A stretch of DNA of 63,641 nucleotides, counting the filler, from Candidatus Omnitrophota bacterium (GTDB lineage Bacteria; Omnitrophota; Gorgyraeia; Zapsychrales; Zapsychraceae): NCBI GenBank assembly GCA_015233495.1. It is 3 parts of 3 records of this genome, joined end to end, with 100 filler letters (N's around TTAATTAATTAA, not from the genome) between each part and the next. Parts side by side here need not be neighbours in the genome. Positions count along the whole stretch, not along the records: positions 23,566 to 45,849 come from JADFXQ010000028.1; positions 45,950 to 63,641 come from JADFXQ010000038.1; 1 more part is not named here. One strand, given 5' to 3'. The notes beneath the pieces were generated by a model, which was not told the origin of the DNA, did not search any database, and saw only the letters and a list, made by a program, of their open reading frames with translations. Every line of letters starts with the position of its first letter. Positions within the stretch are counted from its first letter, which is position 1. A program made the translations under genes and the position numbers. Of this stretch, positions 41,464-51,780 are shown piece after piece.

Positions 41464-42276
41464 CTATTCGATGATAAACGACCGCATGGAGATCGACCCG
41501 TTTTGAATGCTTTCATGCACAAAGCGCAGTGTCTCGCCTTTTTCACCCAAAGCCAGGGCGTATATCATGGGAAGATAATGATCCAAAGTCGGCGCGGCCA
41601 AAGAGGATGTCTTTTTATCCCGCGTCGGGAAATCCACCAAAAACGCGTCATCCCTTTTGAGCAATTTATCCTTGATCACCTGATCAATTTGATCGGCCCA
41701 GATATACGGCTGGGCATCCATATCCGAATCAATCCGGTCCAAATTGTGGACCACATTGCCGCTGCCGATGATCAAAACTCCCATCCGGCGCAGTTTCAAT
41801 AAACGACGGCCCAGTTCATAATGGCGGGAAACACAGTGCGGAACCCAGGCATTAAAGGAATAATTCAGACTCATTTCAAACACCGGGATATCCGCGGCAG
41901 GAAAAAGATGTTTTAATACGGAATAGGCCCCATGGTCCAGACCCCATTGGAAGTCGAGCGAAATTTTATCTTTTGCCAGAGATAAATCCGCGGCAGCTTG
42001 GGCGTATTGCGGCGCTCCGGGACATTCATAAACCAAATGATATAACGAACGGGAAAATCCGTAAAAATCATAAATCATCCGCGGTTTTTTTACTCCGGAG
42101 ACAAACGACCCGTTGGTTAACCAATGCGCCGAGATAACCATGATCGCCCGCGGCCGCGGCAAATTCCTTCCTAAAGCCGTCAGATCGCGGGTAAACGCGT
42201 TATCCAGCATCAGGTTCATCGGCGAACCATGCCCGACGAACAATACCGGCATTTTATCTGTCTTCGCCAAAAGCAT
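41464..42276 (-). CDS. ygiD: DODA-type extradiol dioxygenase (YgiD/LigB family)
   Basis: MPVLFVGHGSPMN, ISAHW, WGLDHGA, GSGNVVHNL, PTLDHYLP, GSISM. Confidence 0.9.
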   Translation of the reverse strand: MLLAKTDKMPVLFVGHGSPMNLMLDNAFTRDLTALGRNLPRPRAIMVISAHWLTNGSFVSGVKKPRMIYDFYGFSRSLYHLVYECPGAPQYAQAAADLSLAKDKISLDFQWGLDHGAYSVLKHLFPAADIPVFEMSLNYSFNAWVPHCVSRHYELGRRLLKLRRMGVLIIGSGNVVHNLDRIDSDMDAQPYIWADQIDQVIKDKLLKRDDAFLVDFPTRDKKTSSLAAPTLDHYLPMIYALALGEKGETLRFVHESIQNGSISMRSFIIE

Positions 42277-42277
42277 A

Positions 42278-42751
42278 TTATGGTTTCGCGGTTGGGTTGG
42301 CATCATCAGGCATAAAAATAATCAATTCACCCCGCAAGCTGAAGATTGTGTCGCTATACGGAAAATACTCCGACGGACGACAATGACGACGGCCGCAGCG
42401 GCCCGGGATGACATCCACCCCGTTATAACTCGAAGCGGTGTTGGCCGCGTTAATGATCGCGTCCGCGCCTTTCGCCCGACAGATTCTCTTGGCTTGTTCC
42501 GCCAAAGTATCCGGCGTGACCCCCTCACTGGCATGGCCGGACACTTCCACTTTCCCAATAACTTGATACGACTGCGAAAACGCCGGGGTCTGCGATGCCG
42601 GGTAAATCGTCACGAAATAATATTTTCCCTTGGCGGGATAGCGCTGTTCGGTATAACTGGTATACCTGGCGCTGACCGCACAGCCTGCCAAACTCAAGCC
42701 GAGCATAACCAGCGAAAAAATTTTGATCATCTGAATTTTATCATTTGTCAT
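42278..42751 (-). CDS. Lipoprotein of unknown function
   Basis: Lipobox LAGC; YQVIGKVEV...KGADAII motif. Confidence 0.7.
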   Translation of the reverse strand: MTNDKIQMIKIFSLVMLGLSLAGCAVSARYTSYTEQRYPAKGKYYFVTIYPASQTPAFSQSYQVIGKVEVSGHASEGVTPDTLAEQAKRICRAKGADAIINAANTASSYNGVDVIPGRCGRRHCRPSEYFPYSDTIFSLRGELIIFMPDDANPTAKP

Positions 42752-42756
42752 TGTTT

Positions 42757-43446
42757 CTATTTCCCATACATCACTTGCAACTGAGACACTTTCGGAAATT
42801 CCGCGTAAAATTCACCCTGCGGCCCCAAAAATCCTATCCCGGATTTTTTCATGGTCACGGCGGTGTATCCGCCCTGTTTGTTAGGAATATTGACCGTAAA
42901 TGTTTCGTCAGCGGAACCATTCGAGGTTGACAGCGTTCCCTGGGCCGGAACAATCACCGGCGGCTGTTCCGCGGTTGCCGCAGGTTGAGACGCCACAACT
43001 TGCGGAGCTGGCGCGGCAACAACCGGAGCAGCCGGGACAATGGTCATCGGTTGCGGCACCACCTGATATCCCTGCGGCGTATAAACATAATAAATCCCGT
43101 TATCTGTGTAATACGTCACCCCATTGATCATAACCGGAGAATATTCCGGCGGGATCGTGGTCACCACTGCGCCAATGGGTGGAACGATGAGCACATAATC
43201 CGTGCCGAGGCGGTTATAATACAACCCATCGTAATAATAATACCGTCTGCCGCTGACTCCAACGGTAAAACATCCATCCGGGATATAAGAAAACCGCAGT
43301 CCAAAAGAAGGCCGCTCATGATAGCGGTAAAAATGCCGGCCCTCATGACGGTCCCGCTCCCAAGCGAACGAGCGTGTCGACGGCATCAATAATGCGCCGG
43401 TTAAAAGCAGGATTGCTACTTTTTTACTTTTTTTCGTCGTAAACAT
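42757..43446 (-). CDS. Exported Tyr-rich protein (DUF6515-like)
   Basis: Signal peptide; YYYYDGLYY, VPPIGAVV, INGVTYY; Pro/Val linker; C-terminal FTVNIPN...GPQGEFY domain. Confidence 0.75.
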   Translation of the reverse strand: MFTTKKSKKVAILLLTGALLMPSTRSFAWERDRHEGRHFYRYHERPSFGLRFSYIPDGCFTVGVSGRRYYYYDGLYYNRLGTDYVLIVPPIGAVVTTIPPEYSPVMINGVTYYTDNGIYYVYTPQGYQVVPQPMTIVPAAPVVAAPAPQVVASQPAATAEQPPVIVPAQGTLSTSNGSADETFTVNIPNKQGGYTAVTMKKSGIGFLGPQGEFYAEFPKVSQLQVMYGK

Positions 43447-43457
43447 ACTTGCTCCCT

Positions 43458-44366
43458 CTATTTTGCGTACATCACCCGCAATTGTTCGATTTTCGGAAAT
43501 TCTTTATAGTATTCGCCTTGCGGCCCAACAAACCCGCCGGCCATGCGTTTCAAAACCACAGGCGTAAATCCGCCTTTGCCATTCGGGACATTGATTGTAA
43601 ATGATTCCTCCGCTGTTACCGGCGCGGGAACTTGCGCCACAACCGGCGGAGCGTTGACAATCACCGGAGCCGGCTGGACCACCGTTACCGGCACAACCCG
43701 GTTCTGATTCGGAATCTGCGCGCCCACTGTGCCGCCGATCGCCGCGCCTGTTACCCCGCCGATCAAAGCGCCACCCATGTCATGATGTCCCTTGGTTTGA
43801 TGCCCGATGATTCCTCCGATAATCATACCCAGAATTCCGCCCAAACCCGCGCCTTCGGCAATCTTGGTTTGATTTTGCGGAACTGCGACGACTTCTGCAG
43901 CCGGCGTCATGATTACCTGGCGCGAAACGGGTTGCAACAGCGGCGGAGTCACCACCTGATACCCATAAGGCGTGAAAACATAATAAACGCCATTGTCCGT
44001 ATAGTAAGTCACGCCATTGATAGTGATCCGGGTATAATCCGGCGGGATTGCCGGAACAACCGCGCCTATCGGCGGAGAAACCACGACATAAGCATTTTGG
44101 GAAGGAGCATAATACAAACCGTCGTAATAATAATATCGGGTTCCCCCGACAAACACCGGCACATCTTCATGAGAAATCATCTCAATCCGCATACCAAACC
44201 GGGGATGATCATGATAACGGTAATGACCGCCGCGATGTTCATCGCCCCAGGCGTAAGACGCGAGGGGAGCACAAATCAAACTGAAAATTACGGCACTAAC
44301 CATCCCTTTGGCGCGAAATCCACGACCGGACATATTTACTGCCCACCTTTCTGCAAACATTTCCAC
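43458..44366 (-). CDS. Exported Tyr-rich protein (DUF6515-like) with a glycine zipper; paralog of the adjacent gene
   Basis: Same motifs plus GAGLGGILGMIIGGIIG...GALIGGVTGAAIG; start codon uncertain. Confidence 0.75.
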   Translation of the reverse strand: MEMFAERWAVNMSGRGFRAKGMVSAVIFSLICAPLASYAWGDEHRGGHYRYHDHPRFGMRIEMISHEDVPVFVGGTRYYYYDGLYYAPSQNAYVVVSPPIGAVVPAIPPDYTRITINGVTYYTDNGVYYVFTPYGYQVVTPPLLQPVSRQVIMTPAAEVVAVPQNQTKIAEGAGLGGILGMIIGGIIGHQTKGHHDMGGALIGGVTGAAIGGTVGAQIPNQNRVVPVTVVQPAPVIVNAPPVVAQVPAPVTAEESFTINVPNGKGGFTPVVLKRMAGGFVGPQGEYYKEFPKIEQLRVMYAK

Positions 44367-44528
44367 AATCTTCTTCCCTATTCACCTTTTAGACAATCGC
44401 CGCGTAAAAAAAGTTCCCTGCCCTCACTAAGCATATTCAACCATTGCTGACAACTATAGTTTATCATGTTTCTCTTAACCTTCAAAGCGGCATATTGACC
44501 TTCCCATTTTCAACGTTTCTTCTAAAAT

Positions 44529-44555
44529 AAAAAAAGCCTGACTTGTGATCAGGCT
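44529..44555 (-). terminator. Rho-independent terminator downstream of tmRNA
   Basis: AGCCTGA-7 nt-TCAGGCT hairpin followed by a U-run on the minus strand. Confidence 0.65.
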
Positions 44556-44576
44556 ATTTGAAATTGAACGGATCAA

Positions 44577-44649
44577 AATAAAGGTGACTGACACTTTTTT
44601 TGCAGCTTGCGATCGATCTGCTGCAGAAAAAGTGTCAGTCACCTTTATT
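44577..44649. repeat. REP-like inverted repeat, 23-bp arms
   Basis: AATAAAGGTGACTGACACTTTTT ... AAAAAGTGTCAGTCACCTTTATT; same family as 4627-4712. Confidence 0.85.
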
Positions 44650-44699
44650 CTTCGGATAAGCCGGGAACCCCCGTTCAACAACTCTAACTATTAAACAAA

Positions 44700-45106
44700 T
44701 GGTGGAGGTGCGGGGAATTGAACCCCGGTCCTTGTCGTGCCTTGCATAAGCGTGCTACAAGCTTAGTCGATCTTTTGTTGTCGTCCCCGCGTCTTCAACC
44801 GACAAAATCCGCCGGAACCATCTTCCTTGATTTCATCCTGCGGCTGGAAGCGGACCGCAAGACTAGTCTGCAAAGGTCCTTTTACGAATCAGCAGACCCT
44901 ATTCGCAAAAGGGCTCAAGCTAAATTTTAGCCTGGGACTGAGACGGGTTCTGCCGGAGCTTTGCTTTTCGCAAATTGCGCCATAACACCGTCATACGTTA
45001 ACTCGTGGTTAGCGTTTATTTGTGTCCGGATGATTAACGAGGCCCACCAGACATCCTCGGCATGCAGCCTATGCAACAACATCGCAAGTCGAGACCGATC
45101 ACCCCC
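44700..45106 (-). ncRNA. ssrA: tmRNA
   Basis: 5' GGGGGTGATCGGTCTCGAC; GCATGCCGAG; 3' T-arm CCGGGGTTCAATTCCCCG and ACCTCCACCA; directly downstream of smpB; tag ORF 45013-44927. Confidence 0.96.
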
Positions 45107-45207
45107 AAAAGCTCAAAGAACAACTACCTGTATTTCAGACGGCTTGTTTAATATCAGTGTATCTTTATCTGATTTAATCTTACCTTATTTCTTCCCGAAA
45201 TGCAATT

Positions 45208-45666
45208 TTATTTCGCATTTCGGTTGCGCAGAGCCCGGCCGATGTCTCGGTCAATATCGCGGTTCTTCATGGTCTCGCGTTTGTCATACATTTTTTTGCC
45301 CTTGCCGACGGCCAGCTCGATCTTGACCCGGCCTTTGGCGTTGAAATAAATCTTCGTCGGCACCAAGGCCAAATGTTTCACCGTGGCTGCTTCAAACAAT
45401 TTACGGATCTCTTTTTTATGCAGCAGCAATCGCCGCGGCCGGTCAGACTTGGAATTTAAAAAACTCGCCTGCGCGTACGGCTCGATCTGCAGATTATAGA
45501 GAAATATCTCCTCCTCCTCGACTCGGGCAAAGGCGTCGGTAAAATTCACCTTAAGATCGCGCACGGATTTCACCTCGGCGCCGATCAGCTCGATGCCGCA
45601 TTCGTATCTATCGGTAAAAAAATAATCCCGATATGCCTTTTTGTTTGTCGCGATTAAATCTCCCAT
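45208..45666 (-). CDS. smpB: SsrA-binding protein
   Basis: IATNKKAYRDY, ECGIELIGAEVKS, RRLLLHKKEI, GKGKKMYDKR. Confidence 0.97.
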   Translation of the reverse strand: MGDLIATNKKAYRDYFFTDRYECGIELIGAEVKSVRDLKVNFTDAFARVEEEEIFLYNLQIEPYAQASFLNSKSDRPRRLLLHKKEIRKLFEAATVKHLALVPTKIYFNAKGRVKIELAVGKGKKMYDKRETMKNRDIDRDIGRALRNRNAK

Positions 45667-45724
45667 AATATAAAAATTATAACATAATTTCTTACCGCGG
45701 CCAAGCAGCTGCCGAAAATTCCCT

Positions 45725-45849
45725 GGGAATGATACCATAGATCCTTACCCCCTATTCCCTGGGGGGGCGAAAAAAATTTTAATCATCAAAGCCGATATCT
45801 TTGAGGAGCTCCGGGCTCGATATGAAGCATTTTGCCGGGGTCATATAGG
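45725..45849. mobile_element. Probable IS end at the contig terminus
   Basis: GGGAA...ATAGATCCTTACCCCCT, with the 17-mer identical to 23352-23368 and at a similar distance from the contig end. Confidence 0.4.
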
Positions 45850-45949
45850 NNNNNNNNNNNNNNNNNNNNNNNNNNNNNNNNNNNNNNNNNNNNTTAATTA
45901 ATTAANNNNNNNNNNNNNNNNNNNNNNNNNNNNNNNNNNNNNNNNNNNN
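45850..45949. other. Artificial contig linker
   Basis: 44 N + TTAATTAATTAA + 44 N. Confidence 0.98.
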
Positions 45950-45950
45950 T

Positions 45951-47024
45951 ATGTTGCAAAAAATCATGCGGCTCTTGAAAAAAGGTTTGAATTACATTCT
46001 CGGTTTGTTCTCAAATGATATTGGGATTGATTTGGGAACTGCCACGACTTTGGTGTACGTTAAAGGCGAGGGCGTGGTTTTGCGCGAGCCTTCGGTGGTG
46101 GCGATCGCCAAAGACACCAAAACTGTTGAGGCCGTAGGAGAAGAAGCGAAAAAGATGTTGGGACGGACGCCGGGAAATATTGTCGCGATCCGTCCGATGA
46201 AAGACGGGGTTATTTCCGATTTTGAAGTGACGGAAGCGATGTTGAAATATTTTATCAAGAAAGTGCACCGCCGTAAGGTTTTGGTGCGGCCGGCCATGGT
46301 TATCGCGATTCCTTCCGGGATCACCGCCGTGGAAAAACGTGCGGTGCGCGATTCCGCGGAACGGGCCGGGGCTCGGTCGGTGGAGTTGATTGAAGAGCCG
46401 AAAGCCGCGGCCATCGGCGTCGGACTGCCCGTGGAAGAAGCGGCGGGCAATATGATCATTGATATCGGCGGCGGGACCACGGAATTCGCGGTCATTTCTT
46501 TAGGCGGCATTGTGTACGCCAAATCCATCCGGATTGCCGGCGATGAAATGGACGCGGCCATCATTGAATATCTGCGCAAAACGTACAACCTGATGATCGG
46601 CGAACGCACCGCGGAAGAAATTAAAATCCGCATCGGCTCGGCGTATCCTTTGGAAGAAGAATTGTCCATGGACGTGCGCGGCAGGGATTTGATTTCCGGA
46701 CTGCCGAAAAATATTTCGGTCACTTCGATTGAGATCCGGGAGGCTTTGCAAGACCCGATCCAGGCGATTGTCGACGCGTCGAAATCAACGCTGGAACACA
46801 CGCCTCCGGAATTGGCCGCGGATTTGATTGACCGCGGCATCGTTATGGCGGGCGGCGGATCGCTGATCCGCGGCATTGATAAACGGATCGCCGAGGAAAC
46901 CGGCCTGCCCGTGCATATCGCGGATGATCCGACTACCGCCGTGGTTTTGGGCACGGGGCAGATGTTGAATATGCCCTTGCGGTTAAGGCGGCGTATGGCA
47001 GTTCCGAATAGATTGGATTTTTAG
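45951..47024 (+). CDS. mreB: Rod shape-determining protein MreB
   Basis: [41 protein letters not shown]. Confidence 0.97.
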   Translation: MLQKIMRLLKKGLNYILGLFSNDIGIDLGTATTLVYVKGEGVVLREPSVVAIAKDTKTVEAVGEEAKKMLGRTPGNIVAIRPMKDGVISDFEVTEAMLKYFIKKVHRRKVLVRPAMVIAIPSGITAVEKRAVRDSAERAGARSVELIEEPKAAAIGVGLPVEEAAGNMIIDIGGGTTEFAVISLGGIVYAKSIRIAGDEMDAAIIEYLRKTYNLMIGERTAEEIKIRIGSAYPLEEELSMDVRGRDLISGLPKNISVTSIEIREALQDPIQAIVDASKSTLEHTPPELAADLIDRGIVMAGGGSLIRGIDKRIAEETGLPVHIADDPTTAVVLGTGQMLNMPLRLRRRMAVPNRLDF

Positions 47025-47098
47025 GCTCAAGGCGGAAGGCCGGAAATAATATTTTCGTATAGTATAACAACGATTCATCCGGGTATAACCAAGCACGT

Positions 47099-47887
47099 GT
47101 GTTTAAACCTCGTTATAAAACATTCTTTTATATTCTGCTGATTTTCCTGCCGTTTTATTTATTTTTCATACGGTCCGGGACATCCACGGCTCTTAAATTC
47201 CCCTTTGTCAACGCCTTAGCCGGGCCAGCCCGGTTTTTGCGTCTGACCGCGTTGGAAATAAAAAAAATTATTTTTTATCATTCGATTTTCGATGAATATA
47301 CGCGGCTGCGCGCCGAGACTGGAGACTTGAAATCCCGTTTGCGCGGCATGGAAGATATGATAAGCGAAAACAGCCGGTTGGAGAAACTGTTGGCGGTAAA
47401 GCGGCGGCTGTTGTTCGCCTCCGTGGGCGCCAACGTGATCGGCCGCGATCCGTCTTTGTGGAACGCGGTCCTGGTGATCGATAAAGGGGCCAATGACGGC
47501 GTGGCGGTCGGGTTTCCGGTGATTCATGATTCCGGCGTGGTGGGCAAGATTGCCGAGGTCAGCGATACGACCAGCAAAGTGGCGCTTTTGACCGATCCGC
47601 AATTTAGCGTGGCTGCGCTGGTGCGCCGGCCGCGGGAAAGCGGTTTGGTATCCGGGGCTTTGGATGGGACGTGCCGGATGAGTTATCTGCGGGATGATGT
47701 GGAGCTGGTTTTGGGAGACGAAGTCGTCACTTCAAAATTAAGCGCGGCTTTTCCGGAAAATCTTTTGCTCGGCACGATCACCGCGATCGTTCCGGAAGGC
47801 GAGAAAGGCCGGGTCCATTGTGTGATAAAGCCGGCCGCAGCTTTAGCGCAAATTGAAGAAGTGTTAGTGATTATCCACAATCCTTGA
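47099..47887 (+). CDS. mreC: Rod shape-determining protein MreC
   Basis: TM, coiled coil ENSRLEKLL, VIGRDP, IDKG..DGV, GVVGKI, GDEVVTS. Confidence 0.93.
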   Translation: MFKPRYKTFFYILLIFLPFYLFFIRSGTSTALKFPFVNALAGPARFLRLTALEIKKIIFYHSIFDEYTRLRAETGDLKSRLRGMEDMISENSRLEKLLAVKRRLLFASVGANVIGRDPSLWNAVLVIDKGANDGVAVGFPVIHDSGVVGKIAEVSDTTSKVALLTDPQFSVAALVRRPRESGLVSGALDGTCRMSYLRDDVELVLGDEVVTSKLSAAFPENLLLGTITAIVPEGEKGRVHCVIKPAAALAQIEEVLVIIHNP

Positions 47888-47949
47888 AATGCCGGCGTGA
47901 ATCGGATAAGCGTAGGACAGCTTTTGGGGGATCCCAGACGAGACAAACC

Positions 47950-48435
47950 ATGCGTAAATATCTTTTTGTAGTTGCGGCGATTTTCCTTTTATTCCTCGCG
48001 GAATTTTTTATTTTTAATTTCGGGGGACGGTTTTGGACGCCGGATTTATTGATTGTGGGAATCGTTTTTTTTGCCGTGGCGTTTGGCCTCCGGCATAGTC
48101 TGGCCGCGAGTTTAGGCGCGGGTCTCTTGAAGGACAGTTTTTCCACGCATCCAGTGGGCGCGCATCTTTTCGCTTTTGTGGCGTGCGCTTTTGCCGCAGT
48201 ATGGTTGAAGCGGTATGTTTATCAAGCGGGTTCGGAAGCGGCGCGGCTGTTTTTGATCGCGATTGTCGCGGCGGCGCATTTTTTAGTGCTGGTTTTGCTT
48301 TTCATGAAATTGGGCGTGGTTGAATCCTGGGGCGTGGTGGGAAAATTATTTTTCAGCCAAATGGCGGTCACCTTAGCGGTTGCTTTGCCGGTATTTCGGA
48401 TTTTGAGAATATGCGTGTTAAAATTATTCGTTTGA
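47950..48435 (+). CDS. mreD: Rod shape-determining protein MreD
   Basis: Hydrophobic; PDLL and GLLKD.FS..P.G motifs; lies between mreC and mrdA. Confidence 0.88.
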   Translation: MRKYLFVVAAIFLLFLAEFFIFNFGGRFWTPDLLIVGIVFFAVAFGLRHSLAASLGAGLLKDSFSTHPVGAHLFAFVACAFAAVWLKRYVYQAGSEAARLFLIAIVAAAHFLVLVLLFMKLGVVESWGVVGKLFFSQMAVTLAVALPVFRILRICVLKLFV

Positions 48436-50120
48436 TCGTCGCGGGATTTTTTATTTTAATCGCTGGCGATTTATTTTACGGCCAGGCTATTCAGGGAAGA
48501 TTTTATTATCAACAGAGCCTGAATAACCGGGTGCGGGTGATTTCTCTGAATGGCCGGCGGGGCCGTATTTTGGACCGCAACGGAATCGTGCTGGCGGAAA
48601 ACCGGACCGCTTTTCAGCTCACGTTGACCCCGCAAGCCATGGGCGATACCGACGCGGTATTCGATTTTTTAAGCGGGATTTTACGCGTTCCCGCCGACAA
48701 GCTGCTGACGCGCTACCGTTCGTTGAAAACCGCGGATTTCGCGCCGGTGTTGATGGCGTCCGACATTACCCGGGCCGCGGCCATGGCCGTCGAGGAAAAC
48801 AAATTCCGCTTTCCGGAACTGATGGTCGAAGAGGGGTTTCGCCGGGTTTATCCTTTCGCGGAAAGCTGCGGGCATGTGGTCGGATATGTGGGCAAGGCGA
48901 ATCCGGCCCGGCTGGACCAGATGAAAGATTATGGCTATACCGCGGAAAGTTTCGTCGGATATTTGGGCGCGGAAGAATTTTATGACGCTCAGTTGCGCGG
49001 CGTGGACGGCGGGGTGCAGGTTGAGGTCAACAGCCGCGGCCGTCAAGTCGCCCTGCTGGGCCGGAAAGATCCGGAGTCGGGTAATGATATAACGCTCACC
49101 GTGAACAGCCGTCTGCAGCAAAGCGCCATGCAGGCCTTGGGCGAAAACCGCGGCGCGGCGATTGTCATGGACCGCCGAACGGGGGAAATTTTGGCTTTGG
49201 CGAGCGCGCCGTCGTTTGATCCCAACGCCTTCAGCGCGGCCGCGGGGGCCCCCGCCATTCAGGAGTATTTTCAAGACCGGGACGCGCCACTTTTAAACCG
49301 GGCGGTTAACGGGGTTTTTCCGCCGGGATCGGTTTTTAAAGTGGTGGCGGCGACCGCGGCGTTGGATCTGGGCAAGATCAGCCCGACGATGAATTTCAAT
49401 TGTCCGGGGTTTTTGGATTTAGGCGGGACGCGGTTTGGCTGCGCCCACGTGCATGGGACGCAAAATTTGACGGAAGCGATAGTCCATTCCTGCAACGTGT
49501 ATTTTTTTCATTTGGGCCTTATCCTCAAACCGGAAAATTTATATCGCTATGGCCGCGGGTTCGGGCTGGGTCAATTGACGCGGGTGGATCTGCCTTATGA
49601 AAAACCGGGTCGATTGCCGCGTCCCCGGGATCGTTTATTGAACGGACGGCGCTGGTACCCGGGAGACACGCTGAACACCGTTATCGGACAAGGCGATGTT
49701 TTGGCCACGCCGTTGCAATTGACGCGGCTCATGGCCACGGTAGCCAATGAAGGGATCATTGTCCAGCCGCATATCCTCGCAAAAATCGGCGATAAAGCGG
49801 TCGCGCAATTTCATTTGGCGCGGCGGCTGAAGGTGCACTCTGACACCTGGCCTTTGTTGAAAACCGCTTTGCGTCGGACCGTGGCCGATGTTTCAGGGAC
49901 CGCGCACGCCGTCGATATTCCCGGCGTGGAGATCTCCGGTAAAACCGGTACCGCGCAAAGCGGGGGCGGTGCGCATCACGCTTGGTTTGTGGGATATTCC
50001 CAGGGCACAAAAACCGAAATTGTCATTACGGTATTTTTGGAACATGGCGGCTCGAGCCAAAACGCCTGCGTGGCAGCGCGGCAAATATTATTAACTGCCC
50101 AGCAAGAAGGAATTTTATAA
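48411..50120 (+). CDS. mrdA: Penicillin-binding protein 2
   Basis: RGRILDRNG, PPGSVFK (SxxK), SCN (SxN), KTGTAQ. Confidence 0.95.
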   Translation: MRVKIIRLIVAGFFILIAGDLFYGQAIQGRFYYQQSLNNRVRVISLNGRRGRILDRNGIVLAENRTAFQLTLTPQAMGDTDAVFDFLSGILRVPADKLLTRYRSLKTADFAPVLMASDITRAAAMAVEENKFRFPELMVEEGFRRVYPFAESCGHVVGYVGKANPARLDQMKDYGYTAESFVGYLGAEEFYDAQLRGVDGGVQVEVNSRGRQVALLGRKDPESGNDITLTVNSRLQQSAMQALGENRGAAIVMDRRTGEILALASAPSFDPNAFSAAAGAPAIQEYFQDRDAPLLNRAVNGVFPPGSVFKVVAATAALDLGKISPTMNFNCPGFLDLGGTRFGCAHVHGTQNLTEAIVHSCNVYFFHLGLILKPENLYRYGRGFGLGQLTRVDLPYEKPGRLPRPRDRLLNGRRWYPGDTLNTVIGQGDVLATPLQLTRLMATVANEGIIVQPHILAKIGDKAVAQFHLARRLKVHSDTWPLLKTALRRTVADVSGTAHAVDIPGVEISGKTGTAQSGGGAHHAWFVGYSQGTKTEIVITVFLEHGGSSQNACVAARQILLTAQQEGIL

Positions 50121-50121
50121 C

Positions 50122-51225
50122 ATGGGGCGATCTAAGGAGCGTATTTTAGGGATGAGTGTTTCCCTCATTATTGTTTTCGGTTTGATCGCTTTGTTCAGCG
50201 CGTCTTATCAAAATATTCGCGTGGCGCAGAATATTTTTTACGACCAATTATTTTTTGCGGGGCTGGGGATCGGGCTGCTGCTTTTTTTGCGCCGATTCGA
50301 CTACCGGCGTTTTACTGACGCGGCGTATATTTTTTATGGGGTTAATGTCGCGCTTTTGTTGGCGGTGCTGTTGATCGGCCGGCACGCTTTAGGCGCGCGG
50401 CGCTGGTTTGAGGTCGCGGGCGTCAGTTTTCAGCCTTCGGAATTGATGAAATTGTCTCTGATTTTTTTGCTGGCGCGGTATTGGTCCGGCCTCCGGGAAC
50501 GTTTTGCTTACGGCGCCCGCAATCCGGTTCAGGCGTTTTGGCGCGATTTGCTTTTTCCTTTTTTTCTCACCGCGGTGCCGATGTTTTTCGTTTTTAAACA
50601 ACCTGATTTGGGAACTTCGCTGTTGATGTTTGGCATATTTTTTATCATGGCCTACGCGGCAGGCGTGCAAAAACGGCATTTGAGCGGTTTTTTAGGTTTT
50701 TGTTTGGCGATGATTCCGGTGGCTTGGAAATTTTTGAAGTCCTATCAGAAAGACCGGCTTTTAGTTTTTTTAAATCCGAATATTGATCCGCTCGGCGCCG
50801 GATATACCATAATTCAATCCAAGATCGCGATCGGGTCCGGACAGATATTCGGCAAAGGATGGCTTTCCGGCACGCAGAACCAATTGAATTTTCTGCCGGA
50901 ACGCCACACCGATTTTATTTTTTCGGTCATTGGCGAAGAATGGGGATTGTTGGGGACCTGGGGACTGGCTACGTTGTATTTCATTTTGATCTGGAATCTG
51001 TTTCGTTTGGCGGAGCAGACCGACGCGCCGCTGCCCCGGTTATTGATCACGGGCATTGCCTCGATTTGGGCTCTGCAAGTCATTATCAATATCGGCATGG
51101 TTATGGGGTTGTTTCCCATTGTGGGGATAACTCTGCCGCTCGTCAGTTATGGCCGCACTTCTTTTCTGATGTATCTGATGACCATCGGCATCGTGTTGAA
51201 CATTTGCCGTAAACAGACTTATTGA
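50122..51225 (+). CDS. rodA: SEDS peptidoglycan glycosyltransferase RodA
   Basis: GARRW, QPSE..K, QPDLGT, IAIGSG, FLPERHTDFIF, LPLVSYG. Confidence 0.95.
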   Translation: MGRSKERILGMSVSLIIVFGLIALFSASYQNIRVAQNIFYDQLFFAGLGIGLLLFLRRFDYRRFTDAAYIFYGVNVALLLAVLLIGRHALGARRWFEVAGVSFQPSELMKLSLIFLLARYWSGLRERFAYGARNPVQAFWRDLLFPFFLTAVPMFFVFKQPDLGTSLLMFGIFFIMAYAAGVQKRHLSGFLGFCLAMIPVAWKFLKSYQKDRLLVFLNPNIDPLGAGYTIIQSKIAIGSGQIFGKGWLSGTQNQLNFLPERHTDFIFSVIGEEWGLLGTWGLATLYFILIWNLFRLAEQTDAPLPRLLITGIASIWALQVIINIGMVMGLFPIVGITLPLVSYGRTSFLMYLMTIGIVLNICRKQTY

Positions 51226-51318
51226 GAGAGCGGGAATGATTTATTTTTTTCTCATTGTGCCGACGAGGCAATTAGTGTACAATTTTTGTACTTAACCAAA
51301 ATGGGGATCGACTAAACT

Positions 51319-51780
51319 ATGCGGGAGTTAAAACGGACGTCGAATAAACAATTGGGCGAGCTTTTGATTGAGCGCGGAGTGATTAGCCGCCAGCAGTTGG
51401 AAGAAGCTTTAGAGCATAAAAAACAACACGGCGGGTTGATCGGCGAAGTTCTGGTCCATTTGAAGTTTGCCACGGAACACGATATTGCTCAGGCCTTGAC
51501 GTGTCAGTATGGGTTTCCCTATCTGCCGTTAGGGAATTATGAAATTGATCCGGAAATCCTTAAAGTCATCCCGGAAAATATCTGCCGTCAATTTTGCATT
51601 GTCCCGATTGACAAAATCGGCAAGAGTCTTACCATTGCCACCGCGAATCCTTTGAATATGACTGCGACGCAAGATGTGGAGACTTTGACGGGTTGTGTGG
51701 TCCAGGTTTTTGTCAGCACTACCACGGATATTAAATCAGCGATAGACCGGTATTACGCGGCCGCGGAGGGCAAAACATGA
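51319..51780 (+). CDS. Stand-alone MshEN/T2SSE_N domain protein
   Basis: KQLGELLIERGVISRQQLEEAL...LIGEVLV...ALTCQ; IVPID...LTIATANP; no ATPase domain. Confidence 0.85.
   Translation: MRELKRTSNKQLGELLIERGVISRQQLEEALEHKKQHGGLIGEVLVHLKFATEHDIAQALTCQYGFPYLPLGNYEIDPEILKVIPENICRQFCIVPIDKIGKSLTIATANPLNMTATQDVETLTGCVVQVFVSTTTDIKSAIDRYYAAAEGKT

Noticed and set aside
40013..44700. Genomic island integrated at the tmRNA 3' end
   Set aside because: No integrase and no duplicated tmRNA 3' fragment seen in the contig.
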